A stretch of 32,488 nucleotides of DNA. Source: a virus. Taxonomy: Duplodnaviria; Caudoviricetes. Of this stretch, positions 32,447 to 32,488 are shown in pieces. The translations under genes were made by a program, and so were the position numbers. Location of the stretch: the IMG/VR virus record IMGVR_UViG_3300049140_000190, positions 1 through 32,488 of that record; one strand, written 5' to 3'. The notes beneath the pieces were generated by a model. It did not search any database, was not told the DNA's origin, and saw nothing but the letters and a program-made list of their open reading frames with translations. The first letter of the stretch is position 1. The number at the start of each line of letters is the position of its first letter.

Positions 32447-32488
32447 TTGGCACGGAGGGATTCGAACCCCCAACGCACGGCTCCGTAA
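32447..32488 (-). tRNA. tRNA-Arg (anticodon ACG), 3' half only, cut by the window edge
   Basis: TT-ACG-GA loop, GCCGT, GGGGG-TTCGAAT-CCCTC, CGTGCCA-A. Confidence 0.7.

Larger units (their letters stand above)
1..32488 (-). mobile_element. Segment of an actinobacterial (Streptomyces-like) siphovirus or prophage: early genes, immunity region, lysis, tail, head, packaging, tRNA cluster
   Basis: Canonical order terminase-portal-capsid-neck-tail-tape measure-endolysin on one strand; high GC; many ATGA/GTGA stop-start overlaps; GGAGG RBSs. Confidence 0.97.

Noticed and set aside
32449-32458. 10-nt match GGCACGGAGG between spacer 1 and the tRNA-Arg 3' region (self-targeting?)
   Set aside because: Short and GC-rich, not at the start of the seed, and the flanks do not align without gaps. 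Chance is a sufficient explanation.
31602-32488. ORFs over the mini-array and tRNA cluster
   Set aside because: They overlap well-formed tRNAs and repeats, and the translations are low-complexity and Arg/Pro-rich.

Overview
The whole window is a segment of a high-GC, Streptomyces-type siphovirus, probably temperate (phage or prophage; no integrase in the window). It is transcribed almost entirely on the minus strand. In transcription order (right to left) it carries: a tRNA cluster (Arg partial, Ser, Tyr, Pro) with structured spacers; two HNH nucleases; a candidate cos site; a stand-alone primase-polymerase domain gene; terminase, portal, head and neck genes; major tail protein; tail assembly chaperone with a -1 frameshift; a tape measure protein with M23 and transglycosylase domains; tail-tip genes; endolysin; an SGNH-domain tail protein; dNMP kinase; holin; a SprT-like gene and a putative repressor; a long AT-rich inverted repeat; a PD-(D/E)XK exonuclease; and small early genes. 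The only plus-strand elements are a lipoprotein gene and, right after it, the most striking feature: a Cas-less type I-E-like CRISPR mini-array (31739-31871). It has three degenerate 29-bp repeats, a 32-nt and a 14-nt spacer, an extended -10-like promoter and a terminator-like hairpin. Also seen: a 16-bp operator-like motif (4 copies), a three-box promoter-like motif (2 copies), and two hairpins whose loops can pair over a ribosome-binding site. All calls come from reading motifs and gene order by eye; no database searches were run.
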